Of a stretch of 64,000 bases of DNA, positions 1 through 10,561 are shown one piece after another (positions within the stretch are counted from its first letter, which is position 1; the number at the start of each line of letters is the position of its first letter). A program made the translations under genes and the position numbers. The stretch is from an uncultured Alphaproteobacteria bacterium (GTDB taxonomy: Bacteria; Pseudomonadota; Alphaproteobacteria; Sphingomonadales; Sphingomonadaceae). The DNA lies in the NCBI GenBank assembly GCA_963775115.1, contig CAVZHP010000005.1, positions 127,817-191,816 of the forward strand. The letters run 5' to 3'. Below the pieces are notes generated by a model, which did no database searches, was not told the DNA's origin, and saw only the letters and a program-made list of their open reading frames with translations.

Positions 1-629
1 ATGCCGCCAGCAAGCAGAGCTGCGACGCGCTGTCTTCGCTCAACAAGACCTGGGAGCCGATTTTCCAGCAGTCGAACATCGCCTTCGCGCGGCCCAAGCT
101 GGTGTTCTATACGCAGCAGGGCAGTTCAGGCTGCGGCTCGGCGCAGAGCGCCATGGGGCCGTTCTATTGCCCCGAGGACCGAGGCATCTATCTCGATACC
201 GACTTCTTCCGCCAGATGGACCAGGAAATCGGCGCCCGGGGCGCCTTTGCTCGCGATTATGTCATCGCCCACGAATACGGCCACCATATCCAGCGGATGA
301 CCGGCATGTCCGATCAGGTGCGCAGCCTGCAGAGCCAGAACCCCAGCCGCGCCAATCAGCTGTCGGTGCGGCTCGAACTGCAGGCGGATTGTTATGCCGG
401 GGTCTGGGCAGCGCGCAACCGCGACCGGCTGGAGCCCGGCGACATGGAGAGCGGCCTCAACGCCGCCCATGCCATCGGCGACGATTCTCTGATGAAAGCC
501 GCCGGTCGCCGCCCGGTCGAAGCCTCGTTCACCCACGGCACCAGCGCTCAGCGCATGGAATGGCTGCGCAAGGGGCTGGAGACCGGCAACGAGGATTCAT
601 GCGACACCTTTGCCGATCTCAGGCGATAG
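1..629 (+). CDS. Neutral zinc metallopeptidase (YpfJ-like), 5'-truncated by the window edge
   Basis: HEYGHHIQ zincin motif plus GPFYCP, ELQADCYAG and HGTSAQR motifs; the frame is open back to position 3. Confidence 0.85.
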   Translation, partial: AASKQSCDALSSLNKTWEPIFQQSNIAFARPKLVFYTQQGSSGCGSAQSAMGPFYCPEDRGIYLDTDFFRQMDQEIGARGAFARDYVIAHEYGHHIQRMTGMSDQVRSLQSQNPSRANQLSVRLELQADCYAGVWAARNRDRLEPGDMESGLNAAHAIGDDSLMKAAGRRPVEASFTHGTSAQRMEWLRKGLETGNEDSCDTFADLRR

Positions 630-688
630 TGTATTTACTTCGCCGGCGGCAGGGGAAAGCGGCAACGGGGGGCAAACCGGTGACATGA

Positions 689-1285
689 ATGAAACGAATT
701 GTCCTGCGCCTGTCCATCGCCGCCAGCCTATTGCTGGCTCCACCGGCCTTTGCGCGCGAGCCCACCAAGCCGGTCTCCGATAAGGACCCGACCGCGGCCG
801 ATATAGCCACGACACCGATTGACGATCTGAACCTCAAGAAGGGCCATGTGCCCCCGGTTCTCGTGTCGGCCGTGCAGCGCCCTTACGGCCTGCAAGACCT
901 GGGCAATTGCGCTCGGCTCTCTGCCGCCATCGGCGAACTGGACACCGTGCTGGGCGACGATGTCGATCTTCCGCAGGCCGGCGGCGGCCACACCTCGGCG
1001 GGGCGCGTGGCGCAGTCGGTCGCGACGTCCTTCATTCCGTTTCGCGGGGTTATCCGCGAGGTAACCGGGGCCAGCGCCCGCAAGCGGGAACTGGAGGAAG
1101 CGGTGTATGCCGGCGCCGCGCGCCGGGCTTTCCTCAAGGGCGTGGGCGAGGCGCGCGGCTGCGCCTATCCGGCGCGATCGGTCACCCCCAGGGTGTTTGC
1201 CGAGCGGATGGCAACGATCGCACCCCGGGAGGAAGTGAAGGAGACGAAGACCCAATCCGCCAGCCCGGATCCCAAGCGCCATTGA
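689..1285 (+). CDS. Exported hypothetical protein
   Basis: N-terminal signal peptide (MKRIVLRLSIAASLLLAPPAFA); GC-typical codon usage. Confidence 0.7.
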   Translation: MKRIVLRLSIAASLLLAPPAFAREPTKPVSDKDPTAADIATTPIDDLNLKKGHVPPVLVSAVQRPYGLQDLGNCARLSAAIGELDTVLGDDVDLPQAGGGHTSAGRVAQSVATSFIPFRGVIREVTGASARKRELEEAVYAGAARRAFLKGVGEARGCAYPARSVTPRVFAERMATIAPREEVKETKTQSASPDPKRH

Positions 1286-1316
1286 GTTCGCCTTCCGGCT
1301 TCGCTAGCCCTGCACC

Positions 1317-2465
1317 ATGCGCCTTGCCGACTGCCACAACATCGACGACTTTCGCCGCCTTGCGAAGCAGCGCCTGCCGTGGCCCGTATTCGACTATATC
1401 GACGGCGCTGCCGACGACGAACTGACCAAGGCGCGCAACACCGCCGCATATGCCGACTGCGACCTGGTTCCCGATGTGCTGGCCGGTGTCGAGGATATCG
1501 ACACCTCAATCATCATTCTCGGCCGCAAGAGCGCGCTGCCCCTGATCCTCTCTCCCACCGCCCTCCAGCGCGTGTTCCACTGGCAGGGCGAGCGCGCCGT
1601 CGCCCGGGCGGCGGAGAAGTTCGGTCTGTGGTTCGGCATCTCGAGCCTGGCCACAGTCAGTATCGAGGAAGTGGCGGCGATGGTTTCCACCCCCAAGCTG
1701 TTCCAGCTCTATGTGCACAAGGACCAGGGCCTCAACCGCTCGATGATCGAGCGCTGCCAGGCGGCGAAATTCGACGCCATCGCGCTGACTGTCGATACCA
1801 TCGTCGGCGGCAAGCGCGAACGCTGCGCCCGCAGCGGCTTTTCCTCGCCGCCGCGTTTCACCCCGTCCTCACTGCTGAGCTACGTAACGAAACCGGCATG
1901 GGCGATGAACTATGTCTTCCGCGAGAAATTCGCCCTGCCCCAGCTCGACAACCATGTTCGCGAAGGCACTTCGGAATCGATCTCGATCCAGGGCTATTTC
2001 GAAACCATGCTCGACCAGTCCCTGACCTGGAAGACGGCCGACAAGATCCGCAACGACTGGGGCGGCACCTTCTGCCTCAAGGGCGTGATGAGCGTCGCCG
2101 ATGCCAGGCGCGCGGTCGAAATCGGCGCCGATGCGATCATGATCTCCAATCACGGCGGCCGCCAGCTCGATGGTAGCCGCGCGCCGTTCGACCAGCTGAC
2201 CGAGATCGTCGACGCTGTCGGCGGCCAGATCGAAATCATCTGCGACGGCGGCGTGCGGCGGGGAACTCATGTGCTGAAGGCGCTGGCGGCCGGAGCCAAT
2301 TGCGCCTCGGGCGGACGGCTCTACCTCTACGCGCTGGCGGCAGCCGGACAAGCCGGGGTCGAGCGGGCGATCGCCCTGTTCAAGGACGAGATCGAGCGGG
2401 GAATGAAGCTGATGGGCGTGACCCGCGTCGATCAGTTGAACCGCGACCGGCTGAGGTGGCGATGA
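1317..2465 (+). CDS. lldD: FMN-dependent alpha-hydroxy acid oxidase / L-lactate dehydrogenase
   Basis: FDYIDGAA, LKG and SNHGGRQLD motifs, DGGVRRG. Confidence 0.85.
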   Translation: MRLADCHNIDDFRRLAKQRLPWPVFDYIDGAADDELTKARNTAAYADCDLVPDVLAGVEDIDTSIIILGRKSALPLILSPTALQRVFHWQGERAVARAAEKFGLWFGISSLATVSIEEVAAMVSTPKLFQLYVHKDQGLNRSMIERCQAAKFDAIALTVDTIVGGKRERCARSGFSSPPRFTPSSLLSYVTKPAWAMNYVFREKFALPQLDNHVREGTSESISIQGYFETMLDQSLTWKTADKIRNDWGGTFCLKGVMSVADARRAVEIGADAIMISNHGGRQLDGSRAPFDQLTEIVDAVGGQIEIICDGGVRRGTHVLKALAAGANCASGGRLYLYALAAAGQAGVERAIALFKDEIERGMKLMGVTRVDQLNRDRLRWR

Positions 2466-3154
2466 CATACAAGCTGGTTTACCTCGCGCGCCGTGCCACA
2501 AACGTCTCCCGCGAAGACTGGCCGCGCACCTGGCGCAGCCATGCGGTGTTTGCCAGCCAGTTCCCTGTCCTTGAAACGGAGATCGCCTGGATGCGCTATT
2601 GCAACCGGGCCGATACCAGCCTTCCCGGGATATCGGCAGCGCACGACGGCGTCGCGGTGGCGGCCAGCTCTTCGCTCAAAGGCTTGAACGGCGCGGGATT
2701 TTCGGACGCGGACCGGGCCCTGATCGATCAGGACGAATTGCGCGTCTTCGACATGCTGACGCCGAATTTCACCTATTATTGCGAAGAGAACCCCATCCTT
2801 GAAGGTGCCCCCGGCGAAGCGGCGGTCTTTTCCTTTCTCGCCCGCAAACCGGAGATGTCGCACGCTGAATTCGACGCGCGGTGGAACGGCAAACACGCGG
2901 AGATCGCGGATGGAGCAGTTGCCGCTCTCGGCACGATGACCCGCTACATCCACAACCGCCCGGTCCACGACCCACTGCCTCTGTTCCCCTTCGACGGCAT
3001 TGCCGAAGGCTGGTTCGCCAGCGTGGCGGATGCGGAAGCCGCGTTCCGGGGCGATGCGCTCGACCCGCTGCGGCGCGATCTGGCCGGGTTCTGCGATTTC
3101 GGACAAAGCGTGGTCATGTTGACCAGCGTGTGCCATCGCTGGCCCAAGAACTGA
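2462..3154 (+). CDS. EthD-domain protein
   Basis: YKLVYLARR...WRSHA and RYIHN...FDGIAEGWF patterns; ATGA overlap with lldD. Confidence 0.7.
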   Translation: MTYKLVYLARRATNVSREDWPRTWRSHAVFASQFPVLETEIAWMRYCNRADTSLPGISAAHDGVAVAASSSLKGLNGAGFSDADRALIDQDELRVFDMLTPNFTYYCEENPILEGAPGEAAVFSFLARKPEMSHAEFDARWNGKHAEIADGAVAALGTMTRYIHNRPVHDPLPLFPFDGIAEGWFASVADAEAAFRGDALDPLRRDLAGFCDFGQSVVMLTSVCHRWPKN

Positions 3155-3172
3155 GAATCAGGAGAGTTGCCG

Positions 3173-4093
3173 ATGAGCGAATTGCGTTTCGATGGCCGCG
3201 TCGCGGTTATCACCGGAGCCGGCCGGGGCCTGGGCCGCAGCTATGCGCTGCTGCTGGCATCGCGCGGAGCCAAGGTAGTGGTCAACGATATCGGCGTCAC
3301 CCGCTATGGCGGCGATCCCGACAGCGGCCCGGCCCAGGAGGTCGTCGAGGAAATCCGCGCGGCGGGCGGCCAGGCGGTGGCAAACACCGATTCGGTTTCT
3401 ACTGCCGAGGGCGGCAAGGCGATTATCCAGACCGCAGTCGACAGTTTCGGGCGGATCGACGTGCTCATCGCCAATGCCGGGTTCAACCGACCCAAGCCGA
3501 TCAGGGAACTCAGTCTCGAAGACTTCGAAGCCATCCTCGGCGTGCATCTGATGGGCGGCTATCATGTAGCGCGCGCCGCCTTCCCGCTGATGTGCGATCA
3601 GAAATACGGGCGCATCGTGCTGACATCGTCGATTGCCGGAGCCTATAGCGAGAAGATGCTGGCGGGCTATGCGGTCAGCAAGGCCGGGCTGGTCGGCCTC
3701 TCGAATGTGCTGGCGCATGAAGGCGCGGCGGATGGTGTCCAGAGCAACGCCATCCTGCCCTCGGCCGAAACCCGCCTGTCCGAAGGCCGCGACACCTCGA
3801 TGTTCCCCGACATGCGTGCCGAACTGGTCGCGCCGATGGTAGCCTGGCTGTGCCACGAAGATTGCAAGATAAGCGGCGAGATGCTGGTTGCGTTGGCTGG
3901 CCGCATTGCCCGAGCCTATATTTCGGAGACCGTTGGCATCTATCAGCCTGAATGGAGCATCGAACAGGTCGCAGAACGCTGGGGCGAGATCGCCGACACC
4001 AAGGATGCGGTGACTTTCCCGTCCCTTCCCAGCGGCTTCAACGATCACCTGGGCTACAGCTTCGCCATGGCGAGGGCCGGCGGGGCGAAGTAG
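3173..4093 (+). CDS. SDR family oxidoreductase (MFE-2/hydroxysteroid-dehydrogenase-like)
   Basis: TGAGRGLG, ANAG and YAVSK motifs. Confidence 0.9.
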   Translation: MSELRFDGRVAVITGAGRGLGRSYALLLASRGAKVVVNDIGVTRYGGDPDSGPAQEVVEEIRAAGGQAVANTDSVSTAEGGKAIIQTAVDSFGRIDVLIANAGFNRPKPIRELSLEDFEAILGVHLMGGYHVARAAFPLMCDQKYGRIVLTSSIAGAYSEKMLAGYAVSKAGLVGLSNVLAHEGAADGVQSNAILPSAETRLSEGRDTSMFPDMRAELVAPMVAWLCHEDCKISGEMLVALAGRIARAYISETVGIYQPEWSIEQVAERWGEIADTKDAVTFPSLPSGFNDHLGYSFAMARAGGAK

Positions 4094-4134
4094 CGCGGGA
4101 CTTGAGTCCCTCTGATAGCTTGGAGAGAATTGCC

Positions 4135-5436
4135 ATGGCCGAAGCAGGCGCCACGGTTGAGCCCGATTTCTTCAGCGATCCGGCGGTGATCGCCGATCCC
4201 TTCCCGTATCTTGACCTGATGCGCTCCAGATGCCCGGTGGCGAAGGAGCGGCGCCAGGGGGCCTTCATGGTCACCGGTTACGACGAGCTGGGCGAGCTAC
4301 TCACCGCCAAGGGCGATACTTTCTCTTCCTGCGTGTCGGTGCTGGGCCCGCTGCCGCCGCTGCCGTTCACGCCCGAGGGCAGCGACATCCACGCCCAGCT
4401 TGAGGAAGTGCGCGACAGCCTGCCATGGTCGGCCCATCTCGCCTGCATGGACGGGCAGAAGCACGCTCACAATCGCGCGATCCTCACCGCCCTGCTGACC
4501 TACAAGCGGCTCAAGCAGAACGAGGCGTACCTCGGCGGCCTCGCCGACCGGATGATCGACCGCTTCATCGCCGACGGGCGCTGCAATGTCGTGCCGCAAT
4601 ACGGCCATGCCATCACCACTTATGCGATTTCCGATTTGCTCGGCATTCCCGAGGAGCACCGCGCCCTGCTGCTCGAGCAGATCGGCGCGCCGCCAAGCCA
4701 GCTCACCGGCGAATCCGAGATGAAGGCCGGGCCCGATCCGCTGATCGGCATGAAGGAGCTGTTCGACAGTTATTTCACCGAACGGCTGGATCGCCCGCAC
4801 GACGATCTGATGACCGAACTGTCGCAATCGAAATACCCCGATGGCTCGCCGATCCCGTTCGAGGCGATGTCGCTGCTCGCCCGCTTCCTGTTCGGCGCCG
4901 GGCAGGACACCACCTCGCACCTGATTTCCATGGCGACCCGCATTCTGGCCGAGCGGCCCGAACTGCAACAGCACCTTCGCGCAAATCCGGACCGGATTCC
5001 CGACTTCATCGAGGAAGTGCTGCGCTTCGATGCGCCGGTCAAGGTCGGGTACCGGCTGGCACTGAGCGACACCGAGGTTGCCGGAGTGCCGGTGCCCGCC
5101 GGCAGCGTGCTCACTGCCTGCCTCACTGGCGCCAACCGCGATCCCCGGCATTTCGACGATCCCGATGAGTTCGATATCGACCGCCCCAACAAGCGCGACC
5201 ACATGGCCTTCAGCCGCGGCGTCCACGCCTGCCCCGGCGCGCCGCTCGCCCGCATGGAATCGCGCATCGCCATCGAGCGGATTCTCGCGCGCACCAGCGA
5301 GTTCCACCCGGCGGAGGAACACCACGGCCCGGCGGACAACCGCCACTACCGCTTCGTGCCGACCTACAGCTTCCGCAGCCTGGCGGACCTGCACATCGAA
5401 TTCACCCCGGCCGGAATGCAGGAGCACCAACTATGA
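4135..5436 (+). CDS. Cytochrome P450
   Basis: AGQDTT I-helix, EVLR (ExxR) and FSRGVHACPG heme-ligand motif. Confidence 0.95.
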   Translation: MAEAGATVEPDFFSDPAVIADPFPYLDLMRSRCPVAKERRQGAFMVTGYDELGELLTAKGDTFSSCVSVLGPLPPLPFTPEGSDIHAQLEEVRDSLPWSAHLACMDGQKHAHNRAILTALLTYKRLKQNEAYLGGLADRMIDRFIADGRCNVVPQYGHAITTYAISDLLGIPEEHRALLLEQIGAPPSQLTGESEMKAGPDPLIGMKELFDSYFTERLDRPHDDLMTELSQSKYPDGSPIPFEAMSLLARFLFGAGQDTTSHLISMATRILAERPELQQHLRANPDRIPDFIEEVLRFDAPVKVGYRLALSDTEVAGVPVPAGSVLTACLTGANRDPRHFDDPDEFDIDRPNKRDHMAFSRGVHACPGAPLARMESRIAIERILARTSEFHPAEEHHGPADNRHYRFVPTYSFRSLADLHIEFTPAGMQEHQL

Positions 5437-5927
5437 GCGACGGCAAAGTTACCATGACCGAAGTTGAACGGGCGACGCTCGAATTCGTCACACGCCACCG
5501 CGATTCCTACCTTTCCTCGGGCGGACGCGAGGGCCATGTGCTGGACTACCGCCATCTCGGCGGCCACCGCTTCACCACCACGCTGCTGGTCGAGAACTTC
5601 GGCCGCAAGACCGGCGAGCGGCGGATCACTCCGCTGATCTATGGCGACACCAATGGCGAAGTCGCGATCGTCGCGTCCAAGGGCGGGGCGGATGTCCATC
5701 CCGGCTGGTATCACAATGTGCTGGCCTCACAGGAAGTGACGATCCAGATCGCCGGGCAGGCCTTCCGTTGCAGCTGGCGCGAACTGCTCGGCGCGGAGCG
5801 GGAAGCGGTCTGGGAATTCATGGCCCAGCTCTACCCGCCCTATCGCGATTATCAGGCGGCGACCGAACGGCAAATCCCGATCGTGGTGTTCCAGCCGGGC
5901 GACGAGGTTGAGGCATTGAAAGCCTGA
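5433..5927 (+). CDS. Deazaflavin-dependent nitroreductase family (DDN/FDOR-like) protein
   Basis: GRKTGERRITPL, VASKGG..HPGWYHN, YRDYQ..TERQIP; ATGA overlap with the P450. Confidence 0.85.
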   Translation: MSDGKVTMTEVERATLEFVTRHRDSYLSSGGREGHVLDYRHLGGHRFTTTLLVENFGRKTGERRITPLIYGDTNGEVAIVASKGGADVHPGWYHNVLASQEVTIQIAGQAFRCSWRELLGAEREAVWEFMAQLYPPYRDYQAATERQIPIVVFQPGDEVEALKA

Positions 5928-5928
5928 G

Positions 5929-6702
5929 TTACCACCCCCGCATCGGTGAATCCGCTTCCTCGACGCAGAACACCGGATTGTCGTGGCTGGCGAACAGCTG
6001 TTCCTCGTCCTCGTAAATCAGCTTGTCCATGCCGGTCTCGCCGAGCCGCACAAGCGCTGCATCCCATTCGGCGCGGGAGTTCCACCAGATTTCGGTGACG
6101 ACATCGAACGGCAGTTCGATCGCCTCAAGCGTGATCGGATTGCGTTCGGGCTGGACATAGCGGCGGACATAGCGCCGCGCTCCGGTCAGGGCCTTCTCGC
6201 CGAGCACGCGGTGATTGCTTTCGTAGTAGTCGCGGAACGCCTCCACGCTCATGCCGGGTTTGCGCTTGAGCAGGAACACCAGCTTGAGCATGTCCCCATC
6301 GCCCGTCGCCTTGCGGATGCCGCCTGCCGCGGGCGGATCGGTGAAGCCGGCCATCGCGGATTCGCATTCATCGACCGAGAATACCGGATTGTCATGGCTG
6401 GCGAAGATCTTCTCCTCGTCCGCGTAAATACGCTGAAAGGCGTCGCCCTCGCCCAGCGAGGCCATCACCGCCTCGAAGGCCTCGCGCGAATCCCACCACA
6501 ATTCCATCAGGCAATCGAACGGGACGCTGTAGGCCTCGCCCATCATCGGATTGATCTCGGGCTGCACGAAACGCCGGACATAGCGCCGCGCCTGCGGCAT
6601 CATCCCCGCGAGCAATGGCGCATGCGCGTTCTCGTAATAGAGCTTGAACTCGTCCATCGACATGCCGGGCCGGCGGGTGAGCAAGCAGACCTGTTTGAAC
6701 AT
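5929..6702 (-). CDS. Tandem two-domain EthD protein
   Basis: Two similar halves (LLTRRPGMSMDEFKLYYE / LLKRKPGMSVEAFRDYYE; DEEKIFASHDNPVF / DEEQLFASHDNPVF). Confidence 0.8.
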   Translation of the reverse strand: MFKQVCLLTRRPGMSMDEFKLYYENAHAPLLAGMMPQARRYVRRFVQPEINPMMGEAYSVPFDCLMELWWDSREAFEAVMASLGEGDAFQRIYADEEKIFASHDNPVFSVDECESAMAGFTDPPAAGGIRKATGDGDMLKLVFLLKRKPGMSVEAFRDYYESNHRVLGEKALTGARRYVRRYVQPERNPITLEAIELPFDVVTEIWWNSRAEWDAALVRLGETGMDKLIYEDEEQLFASHDNPVFCVEEADSPMRGW

Positions 6703-6817
6703 GGGTTCCCTCCTCGATCCTCTCCGGCAAGGCTAACCGCCCGGACCGCTCTTGGAAACGGCAAGATTTGTTGCGCCAGCCCTTAAATTCCGCGTCAAGT
6801 CGACGTTAACCATGGTC

Positions 6818-7966
6818 ATGACCGCACACGATCCCAATCTCGCCCGTGAACAGCGAGGCATTCTGCGCTGGCTCGGCTTCGGCGGTCAGGCGCAAATGGA
6901 CACCGCTGGCCAGAGCGACAGCGCCGAGAGCGATGCGCAGCTCGATCCGCGCGAGCGGCGGCGGCGGCAGCTCCTGAGCGATGTCGGCAGCTTCCTTCTG
7001 ACGCACCGGCTGGAGGTCAATCCCTATACCTTGGCTATCGCTCACGACGTCATCACCGGCGCGGACCAGCGGCTGGCCCGGCTGATCGAGGCGCGGGTGG
7101 CATCGCGCCAGCCGGTCAGCCTCGAATGGCTGGAAGAGTCCGGGCGCAACACCGGTTCGGACGGCTCGACGCAGCTCAATGCGCTGATGACCAGGCTCGA
7201 TACCAGCCTCGAGGAATTCGCCAGGACCGCCATGAGCGCACGGTCGGCGACCAGCGAATACAACTCTGCCCTCGAAGCCCATGTCGACGAACTGACCCAG
7301 GTCAGCAAGGCCGGCGTGGTCATTTCCGAGCTGGCGACCATCGCCAAGGTCATGCTCGAGCGCACCCGTGAGATCGAGCAGGAGATGAGCCGCAGCGAAA
7401 TGCAGACCCGAACGCTGCAATCCAGTCTCGATGAAGCCCGCCGCAAGGCCGAGATCGACCACCTGACTGGACTTCCGAACCGCCAGGCCTTCGAAAGTGT
7501 CCTGGAAAAAGAGCTGAAGATCGCCAAGGAATCCGGCGAACCGCTGTGCGTCGCCTTTGTCGACATCGATCATTTCAAGAAGATCAACGACACCCATGGC
7601 CACGATGCCGGCGACCGGGTGCTCAAGGTGGTGGCCCAGACACTGGCGAAAATCTCAGGGGACACCTGCCATGTCGCCCGTCACGGCGGCGAGGAATTCG
7701 TTGCGCTGCTGCGCGGCAAGTCGCTGGAAGAGGCTTGGAAGGTGCTCGACGGCGCCCGCGAGTCGCTTGGCGAACGCCGCCTGGTCAACCGCGCCACCGA
7801 CATCCCCTTCGGCAAGATCACCTTTTCCGGCGGCATCGCCGATGTCTTCGCCTACCCCGATCAACGTAGGGCGTTGAAAGCAGCGGACGAGGCGCTCTAT
7901 GCCGCCAAGGCGGCCGGCCGGGATCGCATCGGATTTGCGGGCGGAAAATCGGCAGCTGCGGCCTGA
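6818..7966 (+). CDS. Diguanylate cyclase (GGDEF)
   Basis: DHLTGLPNR, DIDHFKKINDTHGH and RHGGEEF motifs; start codon uncertain (6812 or 6818). Confidence 0.9.
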   Translation: MTAHDPNLAREQRGILRWLGFGGQAQMDTAGQSDSAESDAQLDPRERRRRQLLSDVGSFLLTHRLEVNPYTLAIAHDVITGADQRLARLIEARVASRQPVSLEWLEESGRNTGSDGSTQLNALMTRLDTSLEEFARTAMSARSATSEYNSALEAHVDELTQVSKAGVVISELATIAKVMLERTREIEQEMSRSEMQTRTLQSSLDEARRKAEIDHLTGLPNRQAFESVLEKELKIAKESGEPLCVAFVDIDHFKKINDTHGHDAGDRVLKVVAQTLAKISGDTCHVARHGGEEFVALLRGKSLEEAWKVLDGARESLGERRLVNRATDIPFGKITFSGGIADVFAYPDQRRALKAADEALYAAKAAGRDRIGFAGGKSAAAA

Positions 7967-8031
7967 TCCGCTACCATTTGCAGTCGCATTGCCCTACCCT
8001 CTTCAGGCAACACGTTCCGGGAGAGTTCGAC

Positions 8032-8553
8032 ATGCCTTTTTCACTCTATCACGCCTCGGTCGGGGCCTATCTGCAAATCCTGCCCGCGATAGCCGGCCTG
8101 ATCGACAAGGCCGAAGCCCATTGCCGGGAAAACAGCCTTGCCGCCGAGGTGCTGACCGGCGCTAGCCTCGCGCCCGATATGTGGCCCTTTGCCAAGCAGG
8201 TCTTCGAATGTGCACACCATTCCTCGCGGGCGATCGAAGGCCTGCGTGCCGGGACCTTTGGTCCCGAAATGGCTCCGGCACCGCTCGATTTTGCCTCGCT
8301 GAAAGCGGAAATCGCTCAGGCCATCGCCATGCTCGGCGACGTCGATCCCGCCGAGATCGACGGCATGATCGGCCGCGACATGCGCTTCGAATTCGGCGAG
8401 ATGCGGATGGATTTCACCGTCGAGGACTTTCTCCTCACATTCTCGCTGCCCAATTTCTTCTTCCACGCAACCTCGGCCTACGGAGTGCTGCGTAACCAGG
8501 GCCTTAAGGTCGGCAAACTCGATTATCTGGGGAAGTTGCGGCTGAAGAAGTAG
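8032..8553 (+). CDS. DUF1993 family protein
   Basis: LAPDMWPF..QV and LPNFFFHAT.AYGVLR..G..VGK.DYLG. Confidence 0.85.
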   Translation: MPFSLYHASVGAYLQILPAIAGLIDKAEAHCRENSLAAEVLTGASLAPDMWPFAKQVFECAHHSSRAIEGLRAGTFGPEMAPAPLDFASLKAEIAQAIAMLGDVDPAEIDGMIGRDMRFEFGEMRMDFTVEDFLLTFSLPNFFFHATSAYGVLRNQGLKVGKLDYLGKLRLKK

Positions 8554-8560
8554 CCGGAAT

Positions 8561-8854
8561 TCACGTTGCGACCACAGTTACCTTCCGGCGCTCGGCAATG
8601 TCGCCTTCGCCCCATGGCCGGCGCAACTCGCAGGTAAACCGGTGGGTGCCCGGTTTGTGCACGGCCAGCCGGTATGCCAGAACCGCCCCGCCGCCGACGC
8701 CTGCGTCCAGGTGCTGTTCCGGCTCACCGAGCAGGTCCAGCGCCGGGGGCAGTTGGCCAATCGACCAGACATAACCTCCGACGCCCTGGCGCTCGAGCCG
8801 CAGGGAGACCGTCGCGCCGGCAGCGGCTGCAAGCTCTGCAGTGCTTTCGATCAT
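8561..8854 (-). CDS. Chagasin-like protease inhibitor (family I42)
   Basis: GGY.W, GVGG and RRPW loop motifs; 97 aa; directly downstream of a C1 protease. Confidence 0.7.
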   Translation of the reverse strand: MIESTAELAAAAGATVSLRLERQGVGGYVWSIGQLPPALDLLGEPEQHLDAGVGGGAVLAYRLAVHKPGTHRFTCELRRPWGEGDIAERRKVTVVAT

Positions 8855-8878
8855 GACGGTCTCCCTTTGGTTACGGCG

Positions 8879-10561
8879 TCAGGCGAACCACTTGTGGTAC
8901 ATGTGGCTATCGGCGCCCATCACGAATGTGTCGAGCCGCTTGGGCGCCCATGACGAAACGCCGACGCCCGATCCCAGCACCCCGCCAAGATCTTCCTCGC
9001 CGCTCCAGTTGGAGCCGTCCCACCATTTGTGCCACATATGGTAGTTCTGACCCGGATAGAAAACATCGATCCGGTTCGGACCCCAGCTTTCCGCTGCCGG
9101 TGCATCGGTCAACACGCCGCCAAGCGCTTCCCAGCTGCTCCAGGCGCTGCCATTCCACCATTTGTGCCACAACTGACTGTCGAGCCCGCGGGCAAAGCAG
9201 TCCAGCCGGTTGGCGCTCCATGAGCAAACTGCGGGAGCCGAGGATATCGAGCCGCCGAGGCTTTCCCAACCGCGCCAGGCCGACCCGTCCCACCACAGGT
9301 GCCACATCGCGTTGTCGCCACCGCGGGCGAACACGTCGATCCGGTTGGGACCCCAGGACACCGCCGCCGGCTCCGACGTGAGGAAGCCGCCCAGGCTCTC
9401 CCAGCCGGACCAGCCGCCCTGGAACCATTTATGGAACAGCCGGTGATCGAGCCCGATACCGAACAGGTCGAGCCTGCCGCTGCCCCACGACGAGACCGCC
9501 GGCGCGCCGTGGATCAGTCCGCCGAGACTCTCCCACCCGCGCCACGCCGATCCGTCCCACCAGCGGTGCCACACCGCCGAATCGAGACCCCGGGCAAAGG
9601 CGTCGATGCGGTTGGAGCCCCATGAGGTCGCCGTCGGACGCGAAGTGATGATGCCGCCAAGATCTTCCCAGCCCGACCAGTTCCCGCTTGGCAGCTTGAC
9701 TCCGGTGGCCCAATGGAAGGGATAGGTCGTATCGATCCCGCATTGGCCATAGGCGATGCGGAAATAGCCGCCATCGCCCCAGCCGGGGCCCCAGCTGTTC
9801 TTGCATATCCAGCACTGGTCGGCCTCGGAGTAACCGATCACCAGCACACAATGCAGTCCGGCGAGAGCGCCGCTGACATGGCGATAGATGCCGCTGCCAT
9901 AGGCAAAGAAGTCGTTGTAAACCTCAAGCACCGCCGAACAGGGGCCAACATTGGTGAGGTGGTTCTTGCGGTCGGCCGCGCTGGACAGCGCTCCGAAGCT
10001 GGTGATCTTCACCGCTATCGCATTGCGATTGGGAACATTCTTGCAGACCGGCGCGCCGCCCGCGCCGGTGAAGGCCGACGCATAGGGGAACGAAGCCTCG
10101 TCAATGATGCCCCGGCTCTGCAATTGGCCAAGCGCATCCGCCGGCCACCAGCCGTTGCAGTTGGCGCCGTGATTGGAGCAGAAATGCAGATCGGCTTCTG
10201 ACAGATCGAGCCGCTGGCCCTTCTCGATCGAAGCCATCGATTCCGTCAGGCCCGACGCGCAGAAGCTCACGCAGGATCCGCATCCGCCCTGATCCTTGGG
10301 CGGAGTGACATGGTTGCCATTGCGATTGCGCCAATCGACCGCAAGAGCAAAACCCGGCGCTGCCGGGGCCGCGCCCGGAGCCAGCACCGCGGGCTTTGCC
10401 GCGGCGATTTCCTGGGCCAGCCTTGCGCTGTCCACCGCCACGCCAAGCATGCGCTTTCGCGCATTGTCGTCGAGCTGGGTAATGGCGTTGGCCCGGGCGC
10501 GCCAGCCCGCCTGATTTGACGTGATCTTGGCCTGGACGTCGGCAATATCGAACTGGGGCAT
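8879..10561 (-). CDS. Papain-family (C1) cysteine peptidase fused to a six-repeat Trp-rich lectin-like beta-propeller
   Basis: DWR..., [26 protein letters not shown]; six W.GWE.LGG...P.(A)VSW...R.D.F repeats. Confidence 0.85.
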   Translation of the reverse strand: MPQFDIADVQAKITSNQAGWRARANAITQLDDNARKRMLGVAVDSARLAQEIAAAKPAVLAPGAAPAAPGFALAVDWRNRNGNHVTPPKDQGGCGSCVSFCASGLTESMASIEKGQRLDLSEADLHFCSNHGANCNGWWPADALGQLQSRGIIDEASFPYASAFTGAGGAPVCKNVPNRNAIAVKITSFGALSSAADRKNHLTNVGPCSAVLEVYNDFFAYGSGIYRHVSGALAGLHCVLVIGYSEADQCWICKNSWGPGWGDGGYFRIAYGQCGIDTTYPFHWATGVKLPSGNWSGWEDLGGIITSRPTATSWGSNRIDAFARGLDSAVWHRWWDGSAWRGWESLGGLIHGAPAVSSWGSGRLDLFGIGLDHRLFHKWFQGGWSGWESLGGFLTSEPAAVSWGPNRIDVFARGGDNAMWHLWWDGSAWRGWESLGGSISSAPAVCSWSANRLDCFARGLDSQLWHKWWNGSAWSSWEALGGVLTDAPAAESWGPNRIDVFYPGQNYHMWHKWWDGSNWSGEEDLGGVLGSGVGVSSWAPKRLDTFVMGADSHMYHKWFA

